Made by a program: the position numbers and the translations under genes | Shown: one piece after another, positions 21,286-31,640 of the stretch | How the letters are laid out: each line of letters opens with the position of its first letter | Numbering within the stretch: the first letter of the stretch is position 1 | The notes under the pieces: generated by a model | What the model was told of the DNA's origin: nothing | Database searches by the model: none | Seen by the model: the letters and a program-made list of their open reading frames with translations, nothing else | Source: Solirubrobacterales bacterium | GTDB lineage: Bacteria; Actinomycetota; Thermoleophilia; Solirubrobacterales; Solirubrobacteraceae | NCBI GenBank assembly: GCA_027449125.1 | Contig: DAIDME010000034.1 | Coordinates: forward strand, 28,380-92,379 | Length of the DNA stretch: 64,000 bases | Direction of reading: 5' to 3'

Positions 21286-22278
21286 CTAAGCGCCCTTCCG
21301 CGCCCGGATGGCCTCTGTGAGCTTCGGCAGGATCTTGTTCAGGTCGCCGACGATCCCGAGGTCGGAGAACTCGAAGATCGGAGCGTTCGCGTCCTTGTTG
21401 ATCGCGACGATGTTCTCCGAGGCCTGCATGCCCACCTTGTGCTGGACGGCACCGGAGATCCCGGCCGCGAGATAGAGCTTCGGCGCCACCGTCTTGCCGG
21501 TCTGTCCGATCTGGGCGGAGTACGGGTACCAGCCCGCATCCACCACGGCCCGCGTCGCCGCCACGGCGCTGCCCGGCCCGAGCACGTCCGCCAGCGCCTC
21601 CACGAGGCCGAAGCTCTCGGCCTTACCCAGGCCACGGCCGCCGGCAACGAGCACGTCGGCACCCTCGATGTCCACCTCGGCGCCGCGCTGCTCGCCGCGC
21701 GAGAGCATCTCGATCTGCTCCGACCAGGGCGAGAGCTCGACCTGCAAGTCGACGACCTCCGCCTCACCACCGTCCCCCGCCCGCATCTCAAAGGCGTTGA
21801 TGCGGCCGATGATGATCCCGAGCTCACCCGTGTAGCGCGAAACCGAGATCTTCGAATCGCCGAGGATCGGGCGCTCCGCCATCAGCGTTCCCGCGTTATC
21901 AGGGTCGACGCGCACCGCCGTGACCTCCATCGTGACGCCCGCCCGCCGGCGCGCGGCCAGGCCCGCACCGATCTCGAACCCGAGCAGGCCACCACCGAAG
22001 ATCGCGTAGCGGTGACCGTGCGCAGCGATCACGGCGTCCATCGCGTCCACTACGGGCTGTGCGAGCCCCTCCGGCCCCCGCAGGCGGAAGACGCGGCGCG
22101 CGCCGTGCGCGCCCAGCGTCGCACAGAGCTGATCGGTCAGCTGCGCCCCGCCGACGACGACCGCGTCGCAGGCGCCACCGATCTCAGCTGCACGCGCCGA
22201 GCCCTCCGACACCGCGCCCAACGAGTTCTTGTTGAAAGCCCCATTGTGGTGGAGGGCGTACACCAGCACGTCGGACAT
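21286..22278 (-). CDS. etfA: electron transfer flavoprotein subunit alpha
   Basis: The FAD-binding C-terminal half (KLYLAAGISGAVQHKVGMQASENIVAINKDANAPIF) is the ETF-alpha signature. I placed the start at ATG 22278 (MSDVLVYALHHNG), which overlaps the etfB stop by 1 nt. Confidence 0.95.
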   Translation of the reverse strand: MSDVLVYALHHNGAFNKNSLGAVSEGSARAAEIGGACDAVVVGGAQLTDQLCATLGAHGARRVFRLRGPEGLAQPVVDAMDAVIAAHGHRYAIFGGGLLGFEIGAGLAARRRAGVTMEVTAVRVDPDNAGTLMAERPILGDSKISVSRYTGELGIIIGRINAFEMRAGDGGEAEVVDLQVELSPWSEQIEMLSRGEQRGAEVDIEGADVLVAGGRGLGKAESFGLVEALADVLGPGSAVAATRAVVDAGWYPYSAQIGQTGKTVAPKLYLAAGISGAVQHKVGMQASENIVAINKDANAPIFEFSDLGIVGDLNKILPKLTEAIRARKGA

Positions 22279-23069
22279 CAGATCAGCTTCCTTTCCTCGA
22301 GCCATGCGACGATCTGCGCCACGGTCTCATCGGTGTTCTCATCCTCGATGATCTGCCCAGCCGCCTTCGCCGGCGGGTCGTGGAACTCACCGCAACGCAC
22401 GCGCGAGCCTTCAGCGCCCACCAGCGCGGGATCAATCCCGGCGGCGGCGGCGTCGAGCGTCTCGAGCGGCTTCTTCTTGGCGCCCATGATCGCCTTCAGC
22501 GACGGATATCGCGGCTCGTTGATCGCGTCGCCGACCGAGATCACGGCGGGCAGACGCACCCGCACCGTGTCATAGCCATACTCGGCCTGGCGCTCCAGGC
22601 GCAGTGCCTCACCGTCCACCTCGAGCTTCACGACCTGCGTGAGCGACGGCATCTTCAGGTGGTCGGCCACCACCGCCCCGATCGTGTAGCACTCGCCGTC
22701 GTCTGACTGCTGGCCCAAGAGCACCAGGTCGGGCGACTCTCGCTCGAGCGCCCGCGCCAGCGCGTAGCCGGTGGCCGCCACATCCGAGCCCGCCAACGCG
22801 TCGTCACAGAGGTGCACGGAACGATCCGCACCGAGCGACACCGCCTTGTGCAGGGCCCTGACGGCGCTCTGCGGCCCCATCGTCACCGCAACGATCTCAT
22901 CGACCTCGAGCTGGCCCCCCTCCCGCAGCTGCATCGCCGTCTCGATCGCGTGCGTGTCATACGGATTCAGGTTGCGCTCGCCCGTACGATCCATACGCCC
23001 AGTCCCGGGATCGATCCGCTTGTCGACCGCAGCGTCAGGCACCTCCTTGACCAGAACACAAATCTTCAA
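22278..23069 (-). CDS. etfB: electron transfer flavoprotein subunit beta
   Basis: LKICVLVKEVPD... matches ETF-beta throughout. I placed the start at TTG 23069, which is preceded by AGGAGG (23075-23080) with a 5-nt spacer. Confidence 0.93.
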   Translation of the reverse strand: MKICVLVKEVPDAAVDKRIDPGTGRMDRTGERNLNPYDTHAIETAMQLREGGQLEVDEIVAVTMGPQSAVRALHKAVSLGADRSVHLCDDALAGSDVAATGYALARALERESPDLVLLGQQSDDGECYTIGAVVADHLKMPSLTQVVKLEVDGEALRLERQAEYGYDTVRVRLPAVISVGDAINEPRYPSLKAIMGAKKKPLETLDAAAAGIDPALVGAEGSRVRCGEFHDPPAKAAGQIIEDENTDETVAQIVAWLEERKLI

Positions 23070-23169
23070 GGTCGCCTCCTCACTGTCAGCTCTGTCGCGT
23101 CGCCGGAAAACAAGTCGTGCCAACCACTCGTGGCCCGAGCCGATACTACACGATTGACTGACGAGTCAA

Positions 23170-23577
23170 TCAAGCCCGCACGGCGCCGCGAATGAAGTCG
23201 ATCGCAGCCTCTGCCGAGGCTCCCGGCGTGAACACGGCAGCGACCCCGAGGGCCTTCAGCTCGGCCACATCCGCAGCTGGGATGGTCCCACCGACCACCA
23301 CCACCACGTCGTCGAGGCCCTGTTCGCGCATCAGCTCGACGATCCGCGGCACGAGCGTCATATGCGCGCCCGAGAGTATCGACAGGCCCACGGCGTCGGC
23401 ATCTTCCTGGATCACCGTCTCGACGATCTGCTCCGGCGTCTGGTGAAGTCCGGTGTAGATCACCTCCATGCCGGCATCGCGCAGCGCCCGCGCGATGATC
23501 TTGGCCCCACGGTCGTGCCCATCCAGGCCCGGCTTGGCGACAACCACCCTGATCCTGCGTTGCGCGAGCTCGCTCAC
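23170..23577 (-). CDS. methylmalonyl-CoA mutase-type B12-binding small subunit (stand-alone C-terminal domain)
   Basis: 135-aa ORF containing [33 protein letters not shown], the DxHxxG cobalamin-binding motif. Its GTG start overlaps the HAD gene stop (GTGA at 23574-23577). Confidence 0.9.
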   Translation of the reverse strand: MSELAQRRIRVVVAKPGLDGHDRGAKIIARALRDAGMEVIYTGLHQTPEQIVETVIQEDADAVGLSILSGAHMTLVPRIVELMREQGLDDVVVVVGGTIPAADVAELKALGVAAVFTPGASAEAAIDFIRGAVRA

Positions 23578-24396
23578 CGGCTACCCGCCGATGGGCTCTG
23601 CAGGCGGCGCCCGCCACGCTGAAGGACCGCTGCCGTGGTGGCGCTCGCCGTGGCCGCCACGGCCAGGGCTCCGGCGAGCCTCAGCTTGAGACCGAGGCGA
23701 TCAAGTCGCAGGATCTGCCAGCCCGCGTCGCGCGCCAGGCGCTCCAGCGCCGCATCGGGGTTCACGGCCACCGGGTGACCGACGGCACTCAGCATCGGCG
23801 CATCGGAGGCCGAATCCGAGTAGGCGTAGCAGGCTCCGAGGTCGAACCCCTCACGCGCCGCCAGCCTGGTGATCGCCTCCGCCTTGGCCGCGCCATAGAG
23901 GAAGTCCCCGGCCGGCCTGCCGGTGAAGACCCCGTCCTGCACCTCTGAGAGGGTCGAGCCGAGCGCGCCGTCGAAGGTCATCACACGCGCCAGGATCTGC
24001 GCCATGTCCTGAGAGGCGGCGGTGACGATGTAAACCGGGCGCCCGGCGTCCTGGTGTTCGTAGGCCAGCTTGAGCATCGTCGGGTATAGCCGCGGCAGGA
24101 TGCGCCGCAGAGCATGCACGCCCAGACGCTCCAGGTCACGAACCCGCACACCCTCGAGCGAGCCCGCGATCCGGACACGCAGCGCCTGGGACTCATCGTC
24201 GCTGACACCACGCAGCCGGAAGCGCACATTCGCCACCGCATCACGCGCCAGCTGGCGGCGGCTGATCATCCCCGCGGCACGCACGACCCGCGCGAACTGG
24301 AAGCCCGAGGAGCCCTGCATCAGCGTCTTGTCCAGGTCGAAGAAGGCGGCGCCGCGCCCGGGCGGGCCGGCGCCATCACCTCCACGAGCCTCCGGC

Positions 24397-24404
<8 letters not shown>
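23574..24404 (-). CDS. HAD-IB family hydrolase (SerB-like)
   Basis: HAD motifs FFDLDKTL (motif I), IVTAAS (motif II) and [11 protein letters not shown] (motif IV). I placed the start at GTG 24404, which overlaps the thiolase stop. There is a hydrophobic C-terminal tail. Confidence 0.8.
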
Positions 24405-25581
<1,177 letters not shown>

Positions 25582-25648
25582 CTCGCCTGTCACTCCTTCG
25601 CTCGAGGTATCTGCCGTCTCGACGGCGTACTCATCGTATTGTGCCGAC

Positions 25649-26800
25649 ATGGACTTCGAACTCTCAGAGGATCAACAGCTGCTGCGTGAGACGGTGCGCG
25701 AGTTCGCCAGGGGCGAGATCGCGCCGGTGGCCGAGCGTTTGGACCGCGACCACGAGTTTCCCTATGAGATCGTGCGCAAGCTGGCCGCGCTCGACCTGAT
25801 GGGGATCCCCTTCCCGGAGCGCTACGGTGGCGCGGGCGGCAGCTCGCAGGACTACGCGCTCGTGGTCGAGGAGCTGACGCGGGTCGACTCGTCGGTGGCG
25901 ATCACGCTCTGCGCGCACACGTCGCTGGGCACCCAGCCGCTGTACCTGTTCGGAACCGAGGAGCAGCGAGAGCGATACCTGCCCAGGCTGTGCAGCGGCG
26001 AGATCCTCGGCGCGTTTGGCCTCACCGAGCCGGAGGCTGGGTCGGACGCCGGCAACACGCAGACCCGCGCTCGCCTCGTGGACGACGAGTGGGTGATCAA
26101 CGGCACCAAGCAGTTCATCACCAACGCCGGCACCGAGATCTCCGGGCTCGTGGTCATCACGGCGGTGACCGGGGACGGTGACGGCGATGGGCGGCGCGAG
26201 ATCTCGAACATCGTGGTTGAGAACGGGACGCCGGGGTATGAGCCTGGGCCTCCCTACCGCAAGCTCGGCTGGCACGCCTCGGACACGCGACCGCTGTCGT
26301 TTGCCGACTGTCGCGTGCCCGCCGCCAACCTGGTGGGCGAGCGCGGACGGGGGCTCCCACAGTTCCTGCAGGTGCTGGACATCGGCCGGATCGGCGTGGC
26401 GGCGATGGGTGTCGGCCTCGCCCAGGGAGCGCTCGACGAGGCGCTCGCCTACGCCAAGGAGCGGCGTGCGTTCGGCCGCTCGATCGGCAGCTTCCAGGCG
26501 ATCGGCGCCAAGCTCGCGAACCTTGCGACCGAGATCGAAGCGTGCCGCCTGCTCGTGCAGAAAGCCGCCTGGCTCAAGGACCAGGGGCGTGACTTCTCGC
26601 TGGTGGCGGCGCAGGCCAAGCTCAAGAGCGGCCGCCTGGCCGTGCACGCCGCCGACGAGGCGGTTCAGATCCACGGCGGCTACGGCTACATCGAGGAGTA
26701 CCCGGTCGCGCGCTTCTACAGAGACGCGAAGGTGCTCACGATCGGCGAGGGGACCGATGAGATCCAGGAGCTGGTGATCGCGAGGGCGCTGGGGGCGTGA
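25649..26800 (+). CDS. acyl-CoA dehydrogenase
   Basis: MDFELSEDQQLLRETVREF..., LTEPEAGSDAGN and GGYGYIEEYPVARFYRDAKVLTIGEGTDEIQ. I placed the start at ATG 25649. It is divergent from the thiolase gene across a 67-bp spacer. Confidence 0.95.
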   Translation: MDFELSEDQQLLRETVREFARGEIAPVAERLDRDHEFPYEIVRKLAALDLMGIPFPERYGGAGGSSQDYALVVEELTRVDSSVAITLCAHTSLGTQPLYLFGTEEQRERYLPRLCSGEILGAFGLTEPEAGSDAGNTQTRARLVDDEWVINGTKQFITNAGTEISGLVVITAVTGDGDGDGRREISNIVVENGTPGYEPGPPYRKLGWHASDTRPLSFADCRVPAANLVGERGRGLPQFLQVLDIGRIGVAAMGVGLAQGALDEALAYAKERRAFGRSIGSFQAIGAKLANLATEIEACRLLVQKAAWLKDQGRDFSLVAAQAKLKSGRLAVHAADEAVQIHGGYGYIEEYPVARFYRDAKVLTIGEGTDEIQELVIARALGA

Positions 26801-26866
26801 GCGGCCGCGGAGCGTGAGCGGCCCACGGAGCGTGAGCGGCCCACGGAGCCTGAGCGGCCCACGGCC
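26801..26866. repeat. about 3.5 tandem copies of a 17/18-nt unit immediately after the acd stop
   Basis: The copies are GCGGCCGCGGAGCGTGA (26801-26817), GCGGCCCACGGAGCGTGA (26818-26835), GCGGCCCACGGAGCCTGA (26836-26853) and a partial copy running to about 26866. Confidence 0.9.
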
Positions 26867-26880
26867 CGGCGGCCGCGCAG

Positions 26881-26930
26881 GATCTTTGTGAAAAACCATG
26901 CAAGATCTTGCATGGTTTTTCACAAAGATC
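26881..26930. repeat. perfect 50-bp palindrome, AT-rich (possible bidirectional terminator or protein-binding site)
   Basis: GATCTTTGTGAAAAACCATGCAAGATCTTGCATGGTTTTTCACAAAGATC equals its own reverse complement (checked base by base). It carries three GATC sites and has a far lower GC content than its surroundings. It lies between the convergent acd and meaB genes. Confidence 0.95.
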
Positions 26931-27011
26931 GCCCCGCCTTCGAGAAGATCGGCCCCACCTCGCCTCACCACCTGGCTGGCTCGCTCGCACGCACGCACCA
27001 GCTTGGCCGGC

Positions 27012-28028
27012 TCACACGCCGGCGCGCGGCGCTGAGCCAGCCGCCGGCGCGCGAGCGTCCAGGCCGGCGAGCAGCGCCGTCGCCGCGCTCGCCGGGTCGA
27101 GCCGGCGTGCGGCGACCTGCTCGAGCACGTGCTCCAGGCCCGGCTGCTCCCCGATCGCAGCCTCGAACCGGCGTCGCAGCTGCCGCGCGGCAAGCTCCAG
27201 TGCGGCGCGCCGCAGTCGCTCACGGCGCCGCGCGACGAGCGTGCCCGACGCGTCCAGGTGACGGCGGTGGGCGGTGAGCGCGGCACCCAGCTGCTCGACA
27301 CCCTCCTCCGTCGTGGCGCGGGTCCGCAGGACCGGAACCCGCCAACCCGCACGCTCCCCCCCGAGCGCGAGCGCCGCCTTCAGCTCACGCACCGTGGCGT
27401 CGGCCTGGGCGTGATCTGATTTGTTCACGACGATCAGATCCGGGATCTCCATGATGCCGGCCTTGAGCGCCTGGATCGAATCACCCGCACCGGGCATGAG
27501 CACCAGCACCACGGTGTCTGCCTGGGCGGCGACGTCCACCTCCGCCTGCCCCACCCCAACCGTTTCGAGCAGCACGGGATCGCGCCCACCGGCGTCCATC
27601 AGGAGCACCGCGTAGAACGCCGCCTCGCTGAGTCCGCCCAGCGCCCCACGGCTGGCCATCGAGCGGATGAAGACCCCCTCGTCCAGAAAGTGGTCCGCCA
27701 GACGGATCCGGTCGCCCAAAAGTGCCCCCCGCGAGACGGGGGAAGAAGGGTCGACGGAGAGGACCGCGACAGCGCGACCGGCGGCGCGCTCCAGGCGCGT
27801 GAGACCCGCCAGCAGCGTGGACTTGCCCGCGCCGGGCGGCCCCGTGAAGCCCACCACGGTGGCCGCTCCGGTGTGCGGGTAGACCTCGCGCAGCAGATCC
27901 CAGCCGGCCTGGTCGCCGCTCTCAACCAGCGTGATCGCGCGAGCGAGCGCACGGCGGTCGCCAGCGAGCAGGCGCTCGGCGAGCTGCCGGGCGGGCGGCT
28001 CCGCGTCCGCGTTTGCGGAATCGGTCAT
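27012..28028 (-). CDS. meaB: methylmalonyl-CoA mutase-associated G-protein chaperone (MeaB/ArgK)
   Basis: Walker A GPPGAGKST, the NKSD motif (VVNKSD) and LARAITLVESGD near the N-terminus. I placed the start at ATG 28028 (MTDSANAD...). Confidence 0.93.
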   Translation of the reverse strand: MTDSANADAEPPARQLAERLLAGDRRALARAITLVESGDQAGWDLLREVYPHTGAATVVGFTGPPGAGKSTLLAGLTRLERAAGRAVAVLSVDPSSPVSRGALLGDRIRLADHFLDEGVFIRSMASRGALGGLSEAAFYAVLLMDAGGRDPVLLETVGVGQAEVDVAAQADTVVLVLMPGAGDSIQALKAGIMEIPDLIVVNKSDHAQADATVRELKAALALGGERAGWRVPVLRTRATTEEGVEQLGAALTAHRRHLDASGTLVARRRERLRRAALELAARQLRRRFEAAIGEQPGLEHVLEQVAARRLDPASAATALLAGLDARAPAAGSAPRAGV

Positions 28029-28085
28029 CAGCGGGCATGATGACGCCAACCAGCGACGCACGGCGTTGACGACTAGCATTGCCGC

Positions 28086-28790
28086 GTGTCTACTCGCACC
28101 AGCGAGCAGGTCGACGGCGACAGCGAAGTTCACAGCCCCGCTTGGATTGCGGTCGCCCCGAGGGCGGCGCCGGGGCCGCTTCAGGGCGGGCCGGCCGCAT
28201 TCGTCCGCTTCGCTCGCGCAAACCACATGCTGCACTGGCGCTACGCAGTCCTGTGCTCACGCTGGCTCTGGCTCAAGCTGCGCTGGCGCGGGCGCCTCGT
28301 GACCGACGGTCTGTGCTTCGTCCGCGGGGGCGTCAAGTTCGAGATCGGACGCGACGCGAAGGTTGTCCTGGGCCGCTGGTCATGGCTGGGTGACGCCTGC
28401 AAGATCCGCGCTCACGAGGGCGTGATCGAGATCGGCGCGAAATCGGTCCTTGGCCAGGAGTGCACGCTCTCCGCCTTCCAGCACATCTCGATCGGTCGCG
28501 ACTGCGTGATCGCCGACCGCACGATGATGATCGACTTTGATCACTGCACGGCCGAGGTCGAGCGCCCGATCCGCGAGCAGGGGATCTACAAGCGTGACGT
28601 GCGGATCGGCAACAACGTCTGGATCGGCCACGGCGCCTGCGTCCTGCGCGGCGTGACGGTCGGCGACAACGCGGTGATCGGTGCCGGTGCAGTGGTGACC
28701 CGCGATGTCGAGACGGACGCGGTCGTCGGTGGCACCCCGGCCCGGGTGCTGCGCACCCGCAGGCATCCGCGGACGCTGCGCTATGAGTGA
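28086..28790 (+). CDS. hexapeptide-repeat (LbH) acetyltransferase
   Basis: Left-handed beta-helix repeats: VRIGNNVWIGHGACVLRGVTVGDNAVIGAGAVVTRDV. By eye, GTG 28086 retains high third-position GC. ATG 28227 is an alternative start. Confidence 0.8.
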   Translation: MSTRTSEQVDGDSEVHSPAWIAVAPRAAPGPLQGGPAAFVRFARANHMLHWRYAVLCSRWLWLKLRWRGRLVTDGLCFVRGGVKFEIGRDAKVVLGRWSWLGDACKIRAHEGVIEIGAKSVLGQECTLSAFQHISIGRDCVIADRTMMIDFDHCTAEVERPIREQGIYKRDVRIGNNVWIGHGACVLRGVTVGDNAVIGAGAVVTRDVETDAVVGGTPARVLRTRRHPRTLRYE

Positions 28791-30087
28791 CTCGGTCGGG
28801 CCCGCGCGGGCTTCGGCCAACCGCTTCCTACCAGCCGATCCGCTCGTCAGGCGCTTGGCGCTCCAGTCGCTGCTGTTCGCCACCGCTCAGGGAGCGTTCA
28901 ACACAGGCAGCGCCGTGTTCTTCACCGAGGTCGTCGGGCTGAGCGCCTCGCGGGTCGGGCTCGGCCTGACGATCGCGGGCGTGGTCGCCTTCCTGGTGGC
29001 CTACCCGGCGGGCAAGCTCGTCGACCGCTTCGGGCCCAAGCGTCTCTGGGCGCTCGGCACGCTCTTGACCACCGCGACCTTCGCGTTCTGGCCATGGATG
29101 CATGGCTTCGAGGACTTCGTGCTGATCGGGATCGCCTTTGAGGTGGTGCGCAACGCTGGTGGGGCCGGTCGCAACGCCTACGTCCTGGACGTGCTGCCGG
29201 GGGACAAGCGCATCGCGGCCCAAGCGCACCTGTACTCGGCGATGAACGCGGGCTTCACGCTCGGCGCCATGATCGGCGGCGCGGCCCTGGCGCTCCACAG
29301 CCTCGAGGTGATCCGCTGGGTGCCGATGCTGTCGGTCGCGGTCGGCCTAGCCAACACCGTCGCGATCACCCGCCTGCCCAAGGCGCCGCACGACGTGCGC
29401 GCAGCTTCGCGCGAGCAGCGCACAGAGGAGCGGGCCACCACACCACGACCGGTCCGCAACCGCGGCTGGATCACGATGTCGTTCTTTGAGGGGATCGTGT
29501 GGACCAACCAGGTGCTGCTCACGATCGTGATTCCGCTGTGGCTGGTCCAGCGCACCGACGCGCCGCACTGGCTGCTCGCATGGCTGTTCGGCACCAACAC
29601 CGTGCTGTGCGTGGTGCTGCCGAGATTCACCACACGCGGCGTGCGGACCGTGCGCGACGCGCTGCGCCGCGTGCGCTATTCGGCCGCCTTCTTCGTGCTC
29701 GCCTGCGTGGTCACGCTGTTCACCCACTCGACCGTGGGCCTGCTCACGGTGCTGATGGTCTGGCTCGGTCACGTCGCCGTGACCGGAGCCGAGCTGGCCG
29801 CCGGCTCCGGCGGCTGGGCCTTCCAGACGCAGCTGATGGACCCGCAACGCCGTGGCGAGTATGGCGGCCTCTCCGAGGTGGCTCGCACCGTCGGCAGCTT
29901 CTGGGCGCCGGCAGCGTTCACATTTGCCGTGATGCACTGGGGTAGCACCGGTTGGCTGGCGATCGCCGGCCTGGTCGTCGTCGCAAGCGCCGGGCTTCAC
30001 CCCTCCGCGCGGATGGCGGAGCGATTCGCCGCCGCCAATTTCACGCCGGACCCGCGCCAGGCGACGGGAGCCGCCACGGCCAGCTGA
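28783..30087 (+). CDS. MFS transporter
   Basis: Polytopic ORF of about 12 TMS. I placed the start at ATG 28783 (MSDSVGPARAS...), which overlaps the acetyltransferase stop by 8 nt. Confidence 0.8.
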   Translation: MSDSVGPARASANRFLPADPLVRRLALQSLLFATAQGAFNTGSAVFFTEVVGLSASRVGLGLTIAGVVAFLVAYPAGKLVDRFGPKRLWALGTLLTTATFAFWPWMHGFEDFVLIGIAFEVVRNAGGAGRNAYVLDVLPGDKRIAAQAHLYSAMNAGFTLGAMIGGAALALHSLEVIRWVPMLSVAVGLANTVAITRLPKAPHDVRAASREQRTEERATTPRPVRNRGWITMSFFEGIVWTNQVLLTIVIPLWLVQRTDAPHWLLAWLFGTNTVLCVVLPRFTTRGVRTVRDALRRVRYSAAFFVLACVVTLFTHSTVGLLTVLMVWLGHVAVTGAELAAGSGGWAFQTQLMDPQRRGEYGGLSEVARTVGSFWAPAAFTFAVMHWGSTGWLAIAGLVVVASAGLHPSARMAERFAAANFTPDPRQATGAATAS

Positions 30088-30107
30088 AGCCCGGCGCACA
30101 GCAGACG

Positions 30108-30608
30108 CTAGGCGGCGCGTCCGATCGCGGACACCGCCAGCTGGTCGGCCAATTCGTTGAGCGAATGACCGATGTGGCCCTTGACCCAGTGCCAGCGCAC
30201 ACGCTCATGCCCGCCGACGGCAGCCTCGAGCTCGAGCCACAGCTCCTTGTTCTTGACCGGATCACCGGACGCCGTCCGCCAGCCACGACGCTTCCATCCC
30301 GCGAGCCAGGAGGTCATGCCGTCGTGCAGGTAGCGCGAGTCAGTGACCACGCACACAAGGGAACCGCGCGGAACCGCGCGCAGCCCCTCCAGCGCCGCCG
30401 TCATCTCCATGATGTTGTTGGTCGTCAGCGGTCGCCCACCGCTGAGCTCCTGGACGACCCCGTCCTCCCACTGGATCACCGCCGCCCAGCCCCCCGGACC
30501 GGGGTTGCCCTGGCAGGCGCCGTCGGTCCAAACAAGCACCTCGCCCGGAGCCGCCGTAGGCAGCTCTCCCGCCAGACGAACGGACTGGCGTCGCCTCGTA
30601 GCGGGCAT
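30108..30608 (-). CDS. rnhA: ribonuclease HI
   Basis: 166-aa ORF with the DEDD residues in WTDGACQGNPGPGGW, TNNIMEMTAALEGL, VTDSRY and GHSLNELADQLA. Confidence 0.95.
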   Translation of the reverse strand: MPATRRRQSVRLAGELPTAAPGEVLVWTDGACQGNPGPGGWAAVIQWEDGVVQELSGGRPLTTNNIMEMTAALEGLRAVPRGSLVCVVTDSRYLHDGMTSWLAGWKRRGWRTASGDPVKNKELWLELEAAVGGHERVRWHWVKGHIGHSLNELADQLAVSAIGRAA

Positions 30609-30666
30609 GCACCGAGATTGTAGGCGCGTCTCCCGCTGTCAGTGACGCGACAGGCAGACCGCAGAT

Positions 30667-31626
30667 ATGCCAGCATGGACGTTCGTGCCCCTCTTCGGAC
30701 GGCAGAAGGGTGCGGCGCCGCCCACGGCGGAGGAGCTGCACGCAGCCGAGGTAGACCTCGAGCGGATTCGCCGTGGCGGCATCCCGCTCGGCGCAGAGCA
30801 ACGCCTCAAGCGCGTGGCTGGGGCCAGCACTCCCTTCTTCACGAGCGATCTGACGGCCAAGGAGTACGCGCTGGCCGACGCCTCCGGCCTGCAGCCGATC
30901 GCGCAGGTGATGGGCTCATCCGTTGTCCAGAAGGGCTTCATGGGCAGCCAGGGCATGTACACCGCTGGCGGCGAGCTGCGGGCGCTGGCGGAGCCGTGGA
31001 ACATGGCCCGGGACCGGGCGTTTGACAGGCTTCGCCAGGAGGCGACACTGGCCGGTGCCGACGCCGTGATCGGGATCGACATCAACGCCGGCTCGCTGGG
31101 CGATGCCGGCAACATCGAGCTGGTCGTGTTCGGCACGGCGGTGCGCGACAACACGAAGCCGGCCGGTGGGCCCGGCGGGCCGGCGATGTGCACGCTGTCC
31201 GGCCAGGACGTGGACAAACTCCGCCGCATCGGCGCCGAGATCAGGGGCGTCGTGGGCCACACGACGGTGATCTCGACGGCGCTGGGACGCAACTCGGCCT
31301 GGGCGATGAGCGGCGGCGGCATGATGGGTGGCGGCGCCCGCATGAACGTGGAGATCACTGAGATCGCCCAGGGTGTCTACGACGCCCGCAACCGGGTGAT
31401 GCTCGCTGTACGCCGTCAAGCCAACGAGGTGGAGGCCAACAACATCGTGGTCTCGACGCTACGCCACACGATCGAGCACTTTGAGTACGAGCAGCCGGGC
31501 GGCTACCGTGCCCACTTCTTCCATGTCACCATGAACATCCTCGGCACGGCGATCAGGCTCGGCGCCCGCCCGCCGCACCCGGCGCCGCTGGCCAGGCCGG
31601 TCCTGTCCGTCAACCTCGGCACTTAG
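30667..31626 (+). CDS. double YbjQ/DUF74 (UPF0145) domain protein, paralog A
   Basis: 319-aa ORF. Repeat 1 is FTSDLTAKEYALADASGLQPIAQVMGSSVV...ADAVIGIDIN...ELVVFGTAVR. A second, more divergent repeat is CTLSGQDVDKLRRIGAEIRGVVGHTTV...NNIVVSTLRH...FHVTMNILGTAIR. Confidence 0.7.
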   Translation: MPAWTFVPLFGRQKGAAPPTAEELHAAEVDLERIRRGGIPLGAEQRLKRVAGASTPFFTSDLTAKEYALADASGLQPIAQVMGSSVVQKGFMGSQGMYTAGGELRALAEPWNMARDRAFDRLRQEATLAGADAVIGIDINAGSLGDAGNIELVVFGTAVRDNTKPAGGPGGPAMCTLSGQDVDKLRRIGAEIRGVVGHTTVISTALGRNSAWAMSGGGMMGGGARMNVEITEIAQGVYDARNRVMLAVRRQANEVEANNIVVSTLRHTIEHFEYEQPGGYRAHFFHVTMNILGTAIRLGARPPHPAPLARPVLSVNLGT

Positions 31627-31640
31627 CAGAAGGAGCAGCT

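Noticed and set aside
26801-26866. CRISPR-like appearance of the short tandem repeats (also at 14170-14253 and 40281-40370).
   Set aside because: The units are directly adjacent with no unique spacers and are only 15-21 nt long. No cas genes are present in the window.
26887-26924. CRP/FNR-type site, suggested by TGTGA ... TCACA inside the 50-bp palindrome.
   Set aside because: The half-sites are about 30 nt apart rather than the 6 nt of the TGTGA-N6-TCACA consensus. The match is a by-product of the long palindrome.
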